A stretch of DNA of 64,000 nt from NCBI RefSeq assembly GCF_009914755.1, contig NC_060927.1. The stretch is one strand, 5' to 3'. The DNA comes from the human T2T-CHM13v2.0 reference genome, Homo sapiens. The notes beneath the pieces are model-generated. The model was not told where the DNA came from and ran no database searches. It worked only from the letters and a program-made list of their open reading frames with translations. Positions 25,546 through 44,600 of this stretch are shown here, one piece after another; position 1 is the first letter of the stretch, and the number at the start of each line of letters is the position of its first letter. The position numbers and the translations under genes were made by a program.

Positions 25546-27095
25546 ATATCACTCATGGTGTACACCCACTGTGATATTAGGAAGAATATTACAGGGTGTA
25601 CACCCACTCTGACTTTAGGAGAAATAGCTCCCTAAAATATCACAAATAATATCACAAGGTATACAGTAATATCTCCCTAGGATATGACAAATACTATCAC
25701 AGGGTGTACACCCAGTGTGATAACAGGAGTAATACGTCCCAAGGATACTACCAAGAATATCACAAGGCCGTACACCCACTATGACACAGGGAGTGATATC
25801 TCCCTAGGATATTACGAATAACATCACAGAATGTACACCCACGTGTACCCCCACGTGTGCACTCACGGTGATATTAGGAGTAATATCAACCCAGGACATA
25901 ACCAATAACACCACAGGGAGTACAGACATGATGTACACCCATGGTGGTGTTATGAGAACTATCTCCCTAGGATAATACCAAGAACATCACAGAGTGTACA
26001 CACATGGTATACACCCACTGTGGCACTAGGACTAATAACTTTCTAAGATATTACGAATAGCATCAGAGAATATAAACACATGGTGTACACCTAGTGTATC
26101 TTTAGGCGTAATTTCTCCCTAGGATATTACGCGTAACATCTCAGTGTGTACACACGTGGCGTACACCCACTGTGACATTAAGGGTAATATCCCCCTAGGA
26201 TATGACGAGAAACATCACAGGGTGTCCACCCATGGTGTACACGCACTGTGATGTTAGGAAAAATATCTCCCTAGGATATTATGAATAATACCACAGGGTG
26301 TAGAGAAACTGTAATATTAGAGGTAATGTCTCTCTAGGATATGATGAATAATATCACAGGGCGTACACCCACTGTGATACGGGGAGCAATATCTCTCTAG
26401 GATAGTATGAATAATATCACAGAGTGTACACCCACTGTGATATTAGGAGAAATATCTCTCTGGGATATTATGAATTATATCACAGAGTGTACACACATGG
26501 TGTACATCCACTTTGATATTAGGAATAATATCTTCCTAGGATGTTACAAACAACATCGCACAGGGTACACCCACTGGAATATTAGGAATCGTATCTCCCT
26601 AGGTGATTACAAATAATATCACAGGGTGTACACCCACTGTGATATTAGGAGTAATATCTTCCTAGGGTACTAAGAATAATTTCACAGTGTGTACACACAT
26701 GGTGTACACTCACTGTGATATTAGGAGTAATATCTACCGAGTAGATAACAAATAACATCGCAGGGCGTACACCCACTTTGATATTAGCTGTAATATTTTT
26801 CTAAGTTGTTACAAATAATATCACAGGGTGTACAAACATGGTGTACACTCACTGTGATATCAGGAGTCGTATCTCCGTAATATATTATGAATAATATCAC
26901 AGGGTGTACACCCACTGTATTATTAGGAGTAATATCTCTGTAGGATAGTACAATTAATATCACAGGGTGTGCAGCCACTGTGATATTAGGAGCAACATCT
27001 TTCTAGGATATTACAGACAATATCACAGGGTGTACGCCCACTCTGATGTCAGGAGCAATATCTCCCTAGGATATCGAAAATAATATCACAGGGTG
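25546..27095 (+). repeat. SATR1-type satellite
   Basis: 63/75-bp tandem units. Confidence 0.88.
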
Positions 27096-27316
27096 TGCAA
27101 TATCTGCCTTCCAGGTTCTAAGGGATTCTCCTGCTTCAGCCTCCCGAGTAGCTAGGGTTACCCGCCACCAGGCCTGGCTATTTTTTTTTTATTTTCACTA
27201 GAGACGGGGTTTCACCACGTTGGCCAGGCTGGTCTGGAACTCCTGACCTCAGGTGATCCGTCGGCCTCGGCCGCCCAAAGTGCCGGGATTACAGGTGTGA
27301 GCCATGGCGCTCGGCC
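27096..27316 (-). mobile_element. Alu truncated by fusion to SATR1
   Basis: Junction gggtg-TGCAA-tatctgcc; paralog at 48274-48498. Confidence 0.85.
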
Positions 27317-27962
27317 AAGAGTTATATATTCAATTAATTTGGAAACACATCTCCCATATTTGAGTGTGCATGTACTTTTATGAAGAAATGATGTCAGAAA
27401 ATGTAAGGAGGATAATAAATATGAAAAGTAACTGGCATGTTTAAAAGTCTTCCGATTAAGAACTCTAAGTTTCGATTTCATTTTTAGATAATGCGGTCCT
27501 AGCTCTTGTATCATCCTTTTACATATTCTACATCAAAGGAATTTGTCGCACGGTGTCAGAATAAAACAGAGTGTATTTCACTGCTTCTTAATTTCTTTCA
27601 ATTAGGCTGAGATCTTTTTCTTAGAGAGAGAAGAGCATCTTCATTGCATTTTATTTTTTCCGAAAAGAGTAGGCCGTATTTTACTGAGATCATGGATTTG
27701 TTATATATGACATTTTGGTCTTCTAACATTCTTCAGTAGATTTTCTCCAAAGTAGTATGTACAGAAGGAGTTGAATAGAAAAAAGTAAATCATGTAATAA
27801 TTCTGAGATTTTTGGGTTTGTCACAGCTGAGAAATATTGCTGACGGTGTATGGTCCTCAAGTGTGAAAATGTTCCTTGTGAATTGCTTGCATCCAAAATA
27901 TACACACAGCATTAAGGGCTGGTTTTTATCTTTTATTTTTCCAATCCTCTTTTCTTCCCAAG

Positions 27963-28992
27963 GTGTCCAAGACACACAGAGCCACGGAATCTCACAGGTG
28001 TCTGAGAATTCCTCCTTCTGGGACTCTCAGAGGATCCAGAACTGCAGACCATCCTTGCTGGGCTGTCCCTGTCCATGTATCTGGTCACGGTGCTGAGGAA
28101 CCTGCTCAGCATCCTGGCTGTCAGCTCTGACTCCCACCCCCACACACCCATGTACTTCTTCCTCTCCAACCTGTGCTGGGCTGACATCGGTTTCACCTTG
28201 GCCACGGTTCCCAAGATGATTGTGGACATGGGGTCGCATAGCAGAGTCATCTCTTATGGGGGCTGCCTGACACAGATGTCTTTCTTGGTACTTTTTGCAT
28301 GTATAGTAGACATGTTCCTGACTGTGATGGCTTATGACTGCTTTGTAGCCATCTGTCGCCCTCTGCACTACCCAGTCATCGTGAATCCTCACCTCTGTGT
28401 CTTCTTCGTTTTGGTGTCCTTTTTCCTTAGCCTGTTGGATTCCCAGCTGCACAGTTGGATTGTGTTACAATTCACCTTCTTCAAGAATGTGGAAATCTCT
28501 AATTTTGTCTGTGAGCCATCTCAACTTCTCAAGCTTGCCTCTTATGACAGCGTCATCAATAGCATATTCATATATTTTGATAATACTATGTTTGGTTTTC
28601 TTCCCATTTCAGGGATCCTTTTGTCTTACTATAAAATTGTCCCCTCCATTCTAAGGATTTCATCATCAGATGGGAAGTACAAAGCCTTCTCAGCCTGTGG
28701 CTGTCACCTGGCAGTTGTTTGCTTATTTTATGGAACAGGCATTGGCGTGTACCTGACTTCAGCTGTGGCACCACCCCTCAGGAATGGTATGGTGGCGTCA
28801 GTGATGTACGCTGTGGTCACCCCCATGCTGAACCCTTTCATCTACAGCCTGAGAAACAGGGACATTCAAAGTGCCCTGTGGAGGGTGTGCAGCAGAACAG
28901 TCGAATCTCATGATCTGTTCCATCCTTTTTCTTGTGTGGTTGAGAAAGGGCAACCACATTCAATCCCTACATCTGCAAATCCTGCCCCTTAG
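27963..28992 (+). pseudogene. OR7E130P: OR7E olfactory receptor pseudogene, type A copy 1 (305-aa open frame 28075-28992)
   Basis: [37 protein letters not shown]; OR7E24-like N-terminus EPRNLTGV*EFLLLG with in-frame TGA 28003-28005. Family is secure; symbol is tentative, from recalled cluster order. Confidence 0.9.
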
Positions 28993-29519
28993 TCACATTA
29001 TTTTTGTGGCTTGATGGCTTTTATTCCTTTCCGCATTTCCTTTGTGAATGTTGCTTTCTTCGTTATGCCTTTAACTGGAATGGGTGAGGATTCTGGGATC
29101 CTTTGTTTAGCAGAAACCTCATGACAGAATCCTCTCTACCTAGGCGGCCTCCTTTAGTTTCTGAGCAATAACCCTGTCATCCAGGTGAAATCACAACCAT
29201 CTTTTTATATACAGGAAGTCCTCACTTCATTTTGGAATTCCCTGAAAATTGACTTTATGGAAGCAATGTACAGCAGGTCCTCCAACACCACTGGTGCGTT
29301 CAAAGTCATGTAGTTATAATGTTGGTGAGGAATAAGTGGTTTCACTCTACCTAATTTTGCTTAAAGGTGAAGTTTCCAAGAGACTTTCAAAGATGTTAAG
29401 TGAGGACATACTGTACATCAAATTCATATCCTCTTCCAGAGTTCCTGTGGAATTTCTTTATAAACTGCTTCTAGAGAATCTATTTAGGCAGGTTATGTGT
29501 AGAGATCCATATCACCTTT

Positions 29520-29623
29520 CCTCAATCTTGGCTTTGAGTCAAATCACCTGGGGAGCTTACAAATGATGAGGCCTGGGTCTCAATACCTGAGATTCTGATT
29601 TCCCTGCACCTGTGTGAGTATGT

Positions 29624-29671
<48 letters not shown>

Positions 29672-29705
29672 CACCAGACGTGGTTCCAATGACGAAGTTT
29701 TTAGA
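29520..29705. mobile_element. MER5-like fragment containing a T42 run (29626-29667)
   Basis: aatcacctggggagctt...gagattctgattt...aaagc..cag..gtggttccaat; paralog 50697-50850 has a short T run. Confidence 0.55.
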
Positions 29706-29832
29706 GGCATCAAGCTCCAATGAGTAAGAACAGAAGTTAATTGTAATATGATTTCTTCAAATATTATGTTCAAATGCATTGTCCATCAACACCATACAAA
29801 TGTTTATTATGCTGTTGTTTCTTACCATTTAG

Positions 29833-36052
<6,220 letters not shown>

Positions 36053-36734
36053 AAACGTTCTGATGAAAACTCTAAGTCCACCGAAGCTAAGGACAGGAGT
36101 TATAGCTTCCATGAATTTTAAAACAAGACCCACCGATTTGAGTAAGCAATTACTCTCTTGAAGGAGAAAAGTCAGAAAACATAATGATGAAATCACTAGG
36201 ACCTAACTGGCCTGTGGAACTATTTTCTGCTTATGAACTATCAACTTTAATTTCATTTCCAGATGGCATGGTCTCAGCAGTTATACAGTGTTTACAGATG
36301 TTCTAAATCAAGGGAATTTGTATCAATCTATTCAAATAAAATAAAATATTTGAGTTCTTAATTTCCTTGAATTAGGATAACCTTTTTCTTAAAGTGAAGA
36401 GAATGGTTTTATTACATAGTTTCCTTCGGTAAAGATAGGCTGTCTTTTCTAGCAATTACGAATTTATTATATATGATGATCTGGTTCTTGGAACATTCTT
36501 GAATCCAGTGTCTCTGAGGCAGGTGTGTACAGCAAGAAGTGAATAACACAGAAATCAATGATGAAAGCATTAGAAGACAATTGAGTTTGTCAGAACTGCA
36601 AAATATTGCTGAGTGTGGATTGCTCTGAAATCTGAAAACATTACTTGTGAATTGCTTCTATCCAAAATGCAGACACGATGCTGGGTGTTGGTTTATTTGT
36701 TTCCGATTTCTCAACCCTCTTTTCTAGGCAAAAG

Positions 36735-37752
36735 GTGCCCAATCTCTACAGACCCACAGAATCTAACAGATGTCTCTATATTCCTCCTCCTAGAACCTCA
36801 GAGGATCCAGAACGGCAGCTGGTCCTTGCTGGGCTGTTCCTGTCCATGTGCCTGGTCACGGTGCTGGGGAACCTGATCATCATCCTGGACGTCAGCCCTG
36901 ACTCCCACCTCCCCACCCCCATGTACTTCTTCCTCTCCAACCTGTCCTTGCCTGACATCGGTTTCACCTCCACCACGGTCCCCAAGATGATTGTGGACAT
37001 CCAATCTCACAGCAGAGTCATCTTCTATGCAGGCTGCCTGACTCAGATGTCTCTCTTTGCCATTTTTGGAGGCATGGAAGAGAGACACGCTCCTGAGTGT
37101 GATGGCCTATGACCGGTTTGTAGCCATCTGTCACCCTCTATGTCATTCAGCCAGCATGAACCCGTGTTTCTGTGGCTTTCTAGTTTTGTTGTCTTTTTTT
37201 TTTCTCAGTCTTTTAGACACCCAGCTGCACAACTTGATTGCCTTACAAATGACCTGCTTCAAGGATGTGGAAATTCCTAATTTCTTCTGTGACCCTTCTC
37301 AACTCCCCCATCTTGCATGTTGTGACACCTTCACCAATAACATAATCATGTATTTCCCTGCTGCCATATTTGGTTTTCTTCAGATCTCGGGGACCCTTTT
37401 CTCTTACTATAAAATTGTTTCCTCCATTCTGAGGGTTTCATCATCAGGTGGGAACTATAAAGCCTTCTCCACCTGTGGGTCTCACCTGTCAGTTGTTTGC
37501 TGATTTTATGGAACAGGCGTTGGAGGGTACCTCAGTTCAGATGTGTCATCTTCCCCGAGAAAGGGTGCAGTGGCCTCAGTGATGTACACGGTGGTCACCC
37601 CCATGCTGAACCCCTTCATCTACAGCCTGAGAAACGGGGATATTAAAAGTGTCCTGCGGCGGCCGCAAGGCAGCAAGGTCTAATATCAATATCTTCTTAT
37701 CTGTTCCATTCCTTTTGTAGGGTGGGTTAAAAAAGGCAGCAAGGTCAAATAA
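36735..37752 (+). pseudogene. OR7E29P: OR7E pseudogene, type B copy 1 (frameshifts and stops)
   Basis: [30 protein letters not shown] and KAFSTCGSHL spread over three frames; TGA 37501-37503, TAA 37681-37683; symbol tentative. Confidence 0.9.
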
Positions 37753-37754
37753 GA

Positions 37755-40295
37755 ATGATATCACAGGGTGAAGACCCCACTGTGATATTAGGAGTAATAC
37801 CTCCCTAGGATATAGAATATACTGTCACAGAGTATACACACATGGGCTACACCCGCTGTGGTGTTAGAAGCAATATCTCCCTAAAGTATGAGGAAAAATA
37901 TCACAGGGTGTGCACACTGTGTGATATGAGGAGTAATATTTACCCTGGATATTATGACTAATATCAAGGGTGTACACACACAGGGTACACGCACTGTGAT
38001 ATCAGGAGTTGCATCTCCCTAGGATATTACGAATACTATCACAGGATATACACTATGTGTGTACACCCACTGTGATATTTGAAGTCACATCTCTCTATGA
38101 GATTATAAATAACATCAAAGCGTGTACACCCCTGTGACATATTAGGAGTAACATCATTCTAGGGTACTACAGTTAACCTCACAACGTGTACACCTTCTGT
38201 GACGTTTTGTACACTCTTTGTGACATTAAAAGAAACATCCCCCTAGGATATTATGAATAATAACACAGGAGGTGTACACACATGGTGTACACGGCCTGTG
38301 TCATCAGGAGTAACATTCCCCTAGGATATTACAAATAATATCACAGCAGGTGTACACACATGTTGTACACCCCATGTGACATTCGGAAGAGCATGCCCCT
38401 AGGATATTAGGAATAGTATCACAGGCTTTTAATACACATTTTTAATGCGTAATGTCACCCCCGGTGACATTAAAAATAATTTCCCCCTTGGATATTACGA
38501 ATAATATGACAGGGAGTGCACCCCGTGTGACATTAGGAGTAACATACCCCGAGGATAGAACGAATTATATCAGAGGGTGTACATGCATTGTGACCTTAGT
38601 AGTAACATCTGTTTAGGATATTACAAATCATATCACAGGGTGTACAGGCATTGTGACATTAGTAGTAACATCCCGCTGCGATATGATGAGTCATATCACA
38701 GGGTGTACACCCCCATGACAATAGTAGCAACATTCCCCTAGAATATTATGAATAATATCACAGGAGGTACAGCCCCTGTGATTTACTAGTAACATGTCTA
38801 TAGAATATTACAACTCATATCATTGTGTGACTCTGTGTACACCCCGTGTGACTTTAGGAGTAACATCCCACAAAACTATGACGAAAAATATCACAGGGTG
38901 AACACCCCCTGTGACCTGAGGAATAACATAGTTTTAGGATATTATGAACGATGTGACAAGGTGTACACACCCTGTGACGTTAGGAGCAATATCCTTCTAG
39001 GATGTTAGGAAGACTATCACACGGAACACAGCCCCTGTGACATTAGGATATGACAAATAATATCACAAGGTGTACACGCATTGTGACATTACTGCAAATA
39101 TCCCTCTGGTACACTATGAATAATATCACAGGGTGTACATCCCTGTGACATTAGGAGTAACATCCCCCTAGAATAGTAAGAATAATAACAAGGGGTGTAC
39201 ACCCCCTGTGACATCAGGAGTATCATCTCACTAGAATATTATGAATAATGTCACAGGGTGTTATCGCCTGTGCCAATAGGAGTATAGACCCCTGGGAAAT
39301 TATGAATAGTATCACAGGGTGTACAGCCCTGTGACAGTAGGAATAACATCTTTCTAGAATATCACGAATAATATCACAATGTGTACACCCCCTGTGTCAT
39401 TAAAAGTAAAATTGCCCTAGGATATTACAAAATCGAACACAGGGAGTATACCCCGTGTGACATTAGAAGTAACACCCCCCGAGGATATAACCAATAAGAT
39501 CAGAGAATGTACCTGCATTGGGACATCAGTAGTAACATCTCTTCAGGACAATACGAATAATATCAAAGGGTGTACACGCATTGTGAAATTAGTAGTGAAC
39601 TCCCGCTAGGATATTAGGAATTTTATGACAGGGTCTACACACCCTGTGATATTAGCAGTAACGTTTTCCTAGAAGAATACGAAGAATATTAAAGGGTGTA
39701 CAGGAACTGTGAATTACGAGTAACATTTCCATAGCATATTGCACATAACATCACTGTGTGTACACGCCGTCTGACATTAGGGGTAACATCCCACAAAATT
39801 ATAGCGAATAATTTCACAAGGTGTGCACCCTCTGTGACACTAAAAATAACATTTCCCTAGAATATGACGACAATCTCACAGGGTGTACACCCTCTGTGAA
39901 ATGAGGAGTGACATCTTATGGGGATAATACGAGTAATTTGAAAAGGTGTACAAACCCTGTGACAGAAGGAGTGACACCCCTCTAGGACATTATGAATAAT
40001 ATCAAAAGGAACATACCTCGTGTGACAATAAAAGCAACCTCCCCTTAGGAGAATAAGAATAACACCACAAGGTGTACACACAATGTGACATTATTATTAA
40101 AGTAAAACTAGGATATTGGGAATAACATCACAGTGTACAGAGTCCTGTGACATCAGGTTGAACATTCCCCTACAAAATTACGAATAATATTGAAGGGTGT
40201 ATACCCCCTGCGACTTTAGCAGCCGCATATTGCTAGAATATGGAAGATAACGTCCCAGGGTGTGAACAGAGGGGGGCAGTATAGAAAGGATCCTA
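37755..40295 (+). repeat. SATR1-type satellite array 2
   Basis: Begins immediately after the OR7E 3' end (aaggtcaaataagaatgatatcacaggg). Confidence 0.9.
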
Positions 40296-41340
40296 GGACA
40301 AATCGGAGAGTAATACCACCCCCCGATCCACAGCTGGATGTGACGATCCCCATCGCAGGGCGGCGGCCGCGTCCAGAGACATGGGAAGTAATATCACCCC
40401 ACTCTCTCCCCTGGGATATGACGATCAACATGGAAGGGGGGCGGGCGCCCCCGAGATGCGGGCAGGCTTATCACCACCCCCTCGCCCCTGGATATGACGA
40501 TGGACATCGCAGGGGGGCGAGGCGCCCCCCGCGATGTGGGGAGTCAGAGCCAGCCCCTCTTGCCCCCCTGGCTCTTAGGACCCCCATCGCAGGGGGGCGA
40601 GGCGCCCCCCGCTATGCAGGGAGTCAGAGCCAGCCCCTCTTGCCCCCCTGGCTCTTAGGATCCGCGGTAGACTCACAGCCTGTTTATCATATTGTGAGTA
40701 ATATCATCTCCCCCTCTGGAGATTATGAACCGTTTCACAGACCGGTGTACACCCTTGTGTACAGAGGTTGTACACCCGTCTGTATCGGGAGTCATATCAT
40801 CCTCTTCCTCCCTGAATATTAGGAACAGTATCTCAGGGGGGTTTCTACTCTCTGGGATATCGGGTGTCATGTCCTCCTCTCCCACGTTGCAATTAGAAAC
40901 AATATCATTGGGGGCGTGTCCACCTTCTGTGATTTTGAAAGTAATATTATCCTCTTCCTTCCAGGATCATGGGAAGGATATCCTTGGGGGTGTCCACTTT
41001 CTGCCATACATGTAGTCATAGCACCTCCTCCGCCTTGGAATATTTTTAAGGACCATCTTACACGGGGGTGGACACTTCCTGTGATGTTGGGAGTAATGGC
41101 ATTCTCTTCTTCCGTGACTATTAGGAGCAAATTCACCGGGTGGATGCACATCCAGTGCTATATTGGGAGGAAGGTCATACTCCACCCCCTGGAGATTACT
41201 CGGTGATATTCGGATCAATATCACCGGCTGTGTGTACACCTACTGCGATATTGAACGTAATATCATGCTCTCTCCCTCCCTGGACATTGGGAGCACTATC
41301 ACAGGTGGGTGTACTCCCCCTGAGGTGTTAGGGCGTAATA
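40296..41340 (+). repeat. SATR2-type satellite with CpG-rich variant monomers (40310-40680)
   Basis: catcgcaggggggcgaggcgcccccccgcgatg units followed by canonical SATR2. Confidence 0.85.
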
Positions 41341-41670
41341 TTAGTATGAATTATTCCTCATTTATTATTAACAGGAATATGAATGACCGATATTAATATT
41401 AATATTAAGAAATAATTGCTAATAAAAGTGTCCCATTATTAATATTAATATTAATTATTAGGAGCTAATCTTTACTGTTTTCTAATGAATAAGATCAGTA
41501 TCAGTTATTAATATCAAGTGTCATTAATCATTAATATTAATCATTTATTTTTTCCGTTAGTATAACTATTTAATAGTAATTATTATTATCGTTATTGATT
41601 TTAAAAATTATATTATGGGTTATTAATATTGATAATTATTAGTGTCTATTAATAATTGAGATTATTAATT
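41341..41670. repeat. AT-rich low-complexity spacer, copy 2
   Basis: Paralog of 18331-18660. Confidence 0.85.
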
Positions 41671-41695
41671 GCGGTAAGTCGCCTTGCGCCATTCC

Positions 41696-44600
41696 ACCCC
41701 TCCCTCGGCAGCTCGTTTACGACCCAAAACGGGGACACAAATGCCCCTGAGAGAGCAGCGGTATACTGGGATAGACGAGGATGGTCACGTGGTAGAGAGG
41801 CATGTTTTTGGGTACCAGCACTTCACCTGCGTCGACCTTCTCAACTGGAAAAACAATACACCGCCCTATACCAAAAAGCCACAAGCCCTAATTGATTTGC
41901 TCCAAGCTGTTATCCAGACCCACAACCCCACCTGGGCTGATTGGCACCAGTCGCTCATGTTCCTCTTTAACAGCGAAGAAAGGCGGAGAGTCCTGCAAGC
42001 AGGAACTAAGTGGCTAGAGGAACATGCACCAGCTGATTATCAAAACCCCCAAGAGTATGGAAGGACCCAGTTGCCAGGAACCGACCCCCAGTTGGACCCA
42101 CATGAAAGAGAGGAGTTGCAAAGGCTAAACCGAGACAGGGAAGCTCTCTTGGAAGGATTCAAGAGGGGAGCTCAGAAGGCCACAAACATTAACAAGCTCT
42201 CTGAGGTCATTCAGGGAAAAGAAGAAAGTCCAGCACAATTCTACGAGAGACTGTGTGAGGCCTATCGTATGTATACTCCCTTTGATCCCGATAGCCCTGA
42301 AAATCAGCGCATGATTCACATGGCTTTAGTCCGTCAAAGCGCAGAAGACATGAGAAGAAAACTGCAGAAACAGGCTGGGCTTGCAAGGATGAATCCATCA
42401 CAATTACTAGAAATAGCTAGCCAGATGTTTGTAAACAGGGATGCAGTAAGCCCTAAGGAAAACGGCAAAGAGAATGGAGGTCAGGCCCGGTGACACGCTG
42501 ACCTGTTTGTCAGCTGCAGCAATCAGAGGGGCCCCCCCAAAGAGGCAAGGGAAGGGGGGCCCTGGGAAAGAAACTCAGCTTGGCTGTCAGAGTTTGCAGT
42601 GTAACCAGTGTGCTCATTGTAAAGAAATAGGACAGTGGAAGAACAAATGCCCTCAGCTCAAAAGAAAACAAGGTGACTCAGAGCAGGAGGCCCCGGACAA
42701 GGAGGAAGGGGCCCTGCTCAACCTGGCAGAAGGGTTCTTGGACTGAGGGAGACCGGGCTCAAGCGTACCCAAACAGCCTCTGCTCAGAATGACAGTTGGG
42801 GGTGGAGACATTGACTTTCTTGTAGATAGCGGTGCTGAACATTTGCTAGGAACCGCCCCGGTCGCCCCCTTATCCAAAAAGACTATTGATGTCATCGGAG
42901 CCACAGGGGTTTCAGCAAAGCAAGCTTTCTGCTTGCCTCGGACTTGTACTGTAGGAGGACATAAAGTCATTCATCAGTTTTGGTACATGCCTGACTGTCC
43001 CTTGACCTTTTTGGGAAGGGACTTGCTCAGCAAGCTGAGAACCACTATGTGTTTGACAGACCACGGCTCTTTGCTGCTAAAGTTACCTGGAACAGGAGTC
43101 ATTATGACACTTATGGTCCCCGGAGATGAGGAATGGAGAGTTTTCTTAACTGAGCCAGGCCAAGAGAGAAGACCAGCTCTGGCTAAGCGGTGGCCAAGAG
43201 TACGGGCAGAAGAGAACCCTCCGGGATTGGCCAGTTAAGACTGGGGCCCAGACGGTGAGGCAAAAACAGGACCTGGTCCCCAGAGAAGCCCTTCAAGGTA
43301 TCCAGGTGCGTCTCAAGCACCTAAGAACTTTTGGAATTATTGTTCCTTGTCAGTCTCCATGGAACACTCTCCTCCTGCCTGTTCCCAAGCCACGGACAAA
43401 GGACTACCGGCCGGTACAGGATTTGCCCTTGCTTCATCAAGCTACACTGACTTTACATCCAACAGTACCTAACCCGTCCACATTGTTGGGGTTGCTGCCG
43501 GCTGAGGACAGCTGGTTCACCTGCTTGGACCTGAAAGACGCTTTCTTTCCTATCAGATTAGCCCCTGAGAGGCAGAAGCTGTTTGCCTTTCAGTGGGAAG
43601 ATCCGGAGTCAGGTGTCACTACTCAGTACACTTGGACCGGGCTTCCCCAAGGGTTCAAGAACTCCCCCACCATCTTCGGGGAGGCGTTGGCTCGAGACCC
43701 CCAGAAGTTTCCCACCAGAGACCTAGGCTGCGTGTTGCTCCAGTATGTTGATGACCTTCTGCTGGGACACCCCACGGCAGTCGGGTGTGCCAAGGGAACA
43801 GATGCCCTACACCGGCACCTGGAGGACTGTGGGTAGAAGGTGTCCAAGAAGAAAGCTCAGATCTGCCGACGGCAGGTAAGTTACTTGGGTTTGACTATCC
43901 GACAGGGGTCGGAACGCAGTCCAGGATCAGAAAGAAAGCAGGTCATTTGCAATCTAGCGGAGCCTAAGAGCAGGAGGCAGGTGAGAGAATTCTTAGGAGC
44001 TGTGGGGTTTTGTAGACTGTGGATCCCAAACTTTGCAGTATTAGCCAAGCCTTTGTATGAGGTCACAAAAGGGGCGGGGACCGGGAACCTTTGGAATGTG
44101 GATCCCAACAACAGCAACTCTTTCATGAGTTAAAGGAAAAACTTCTGGCAGCCCCAGCCCTGGGTCTACCCGATCTGACAAAGCCTTTTCCATTGTGTGC
44201 ATCAGAGAGAGAAAAGATGTCAGCTGGACTTTGAACCCAAACTGTGGGGCCCTGGCTGAGACTGGTGGCCTACCTCTCTAAACAACTAGATGGGGTTTCT
44301 AAAGGATGGCCCCCCTGTTTGAGGGCCTTGGCAGCAACTGCCCTGCTAGTACAAGAAGCAAATAAGCTGACTCTTGGGCAAAACCTGAACATAAAGGCCT
44401 CCCGTGCTGTGGTGACTTTAATGAATACTAAAGGACATCATTGGCTAACGGATGCCAGACTCATCAAGTACCAAACTTTGCTCTGTGAGAATCCCCGTAT
44501 AACCATTGAAGTTTGTAACACCCTACACCCCGCCTCCTTGCTCCCGGTATCAGAGAGCACTGTCGAGCCTGATTGTGTAGAAGTGTTGGACTCAGTTGAC

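Noticed and set aside
23798-25574. ORFs with ILGVISSS/DITPNIAG repeats (also in the other satellite blocks)
   Set aside because: Translations of satellite monomers on both strands
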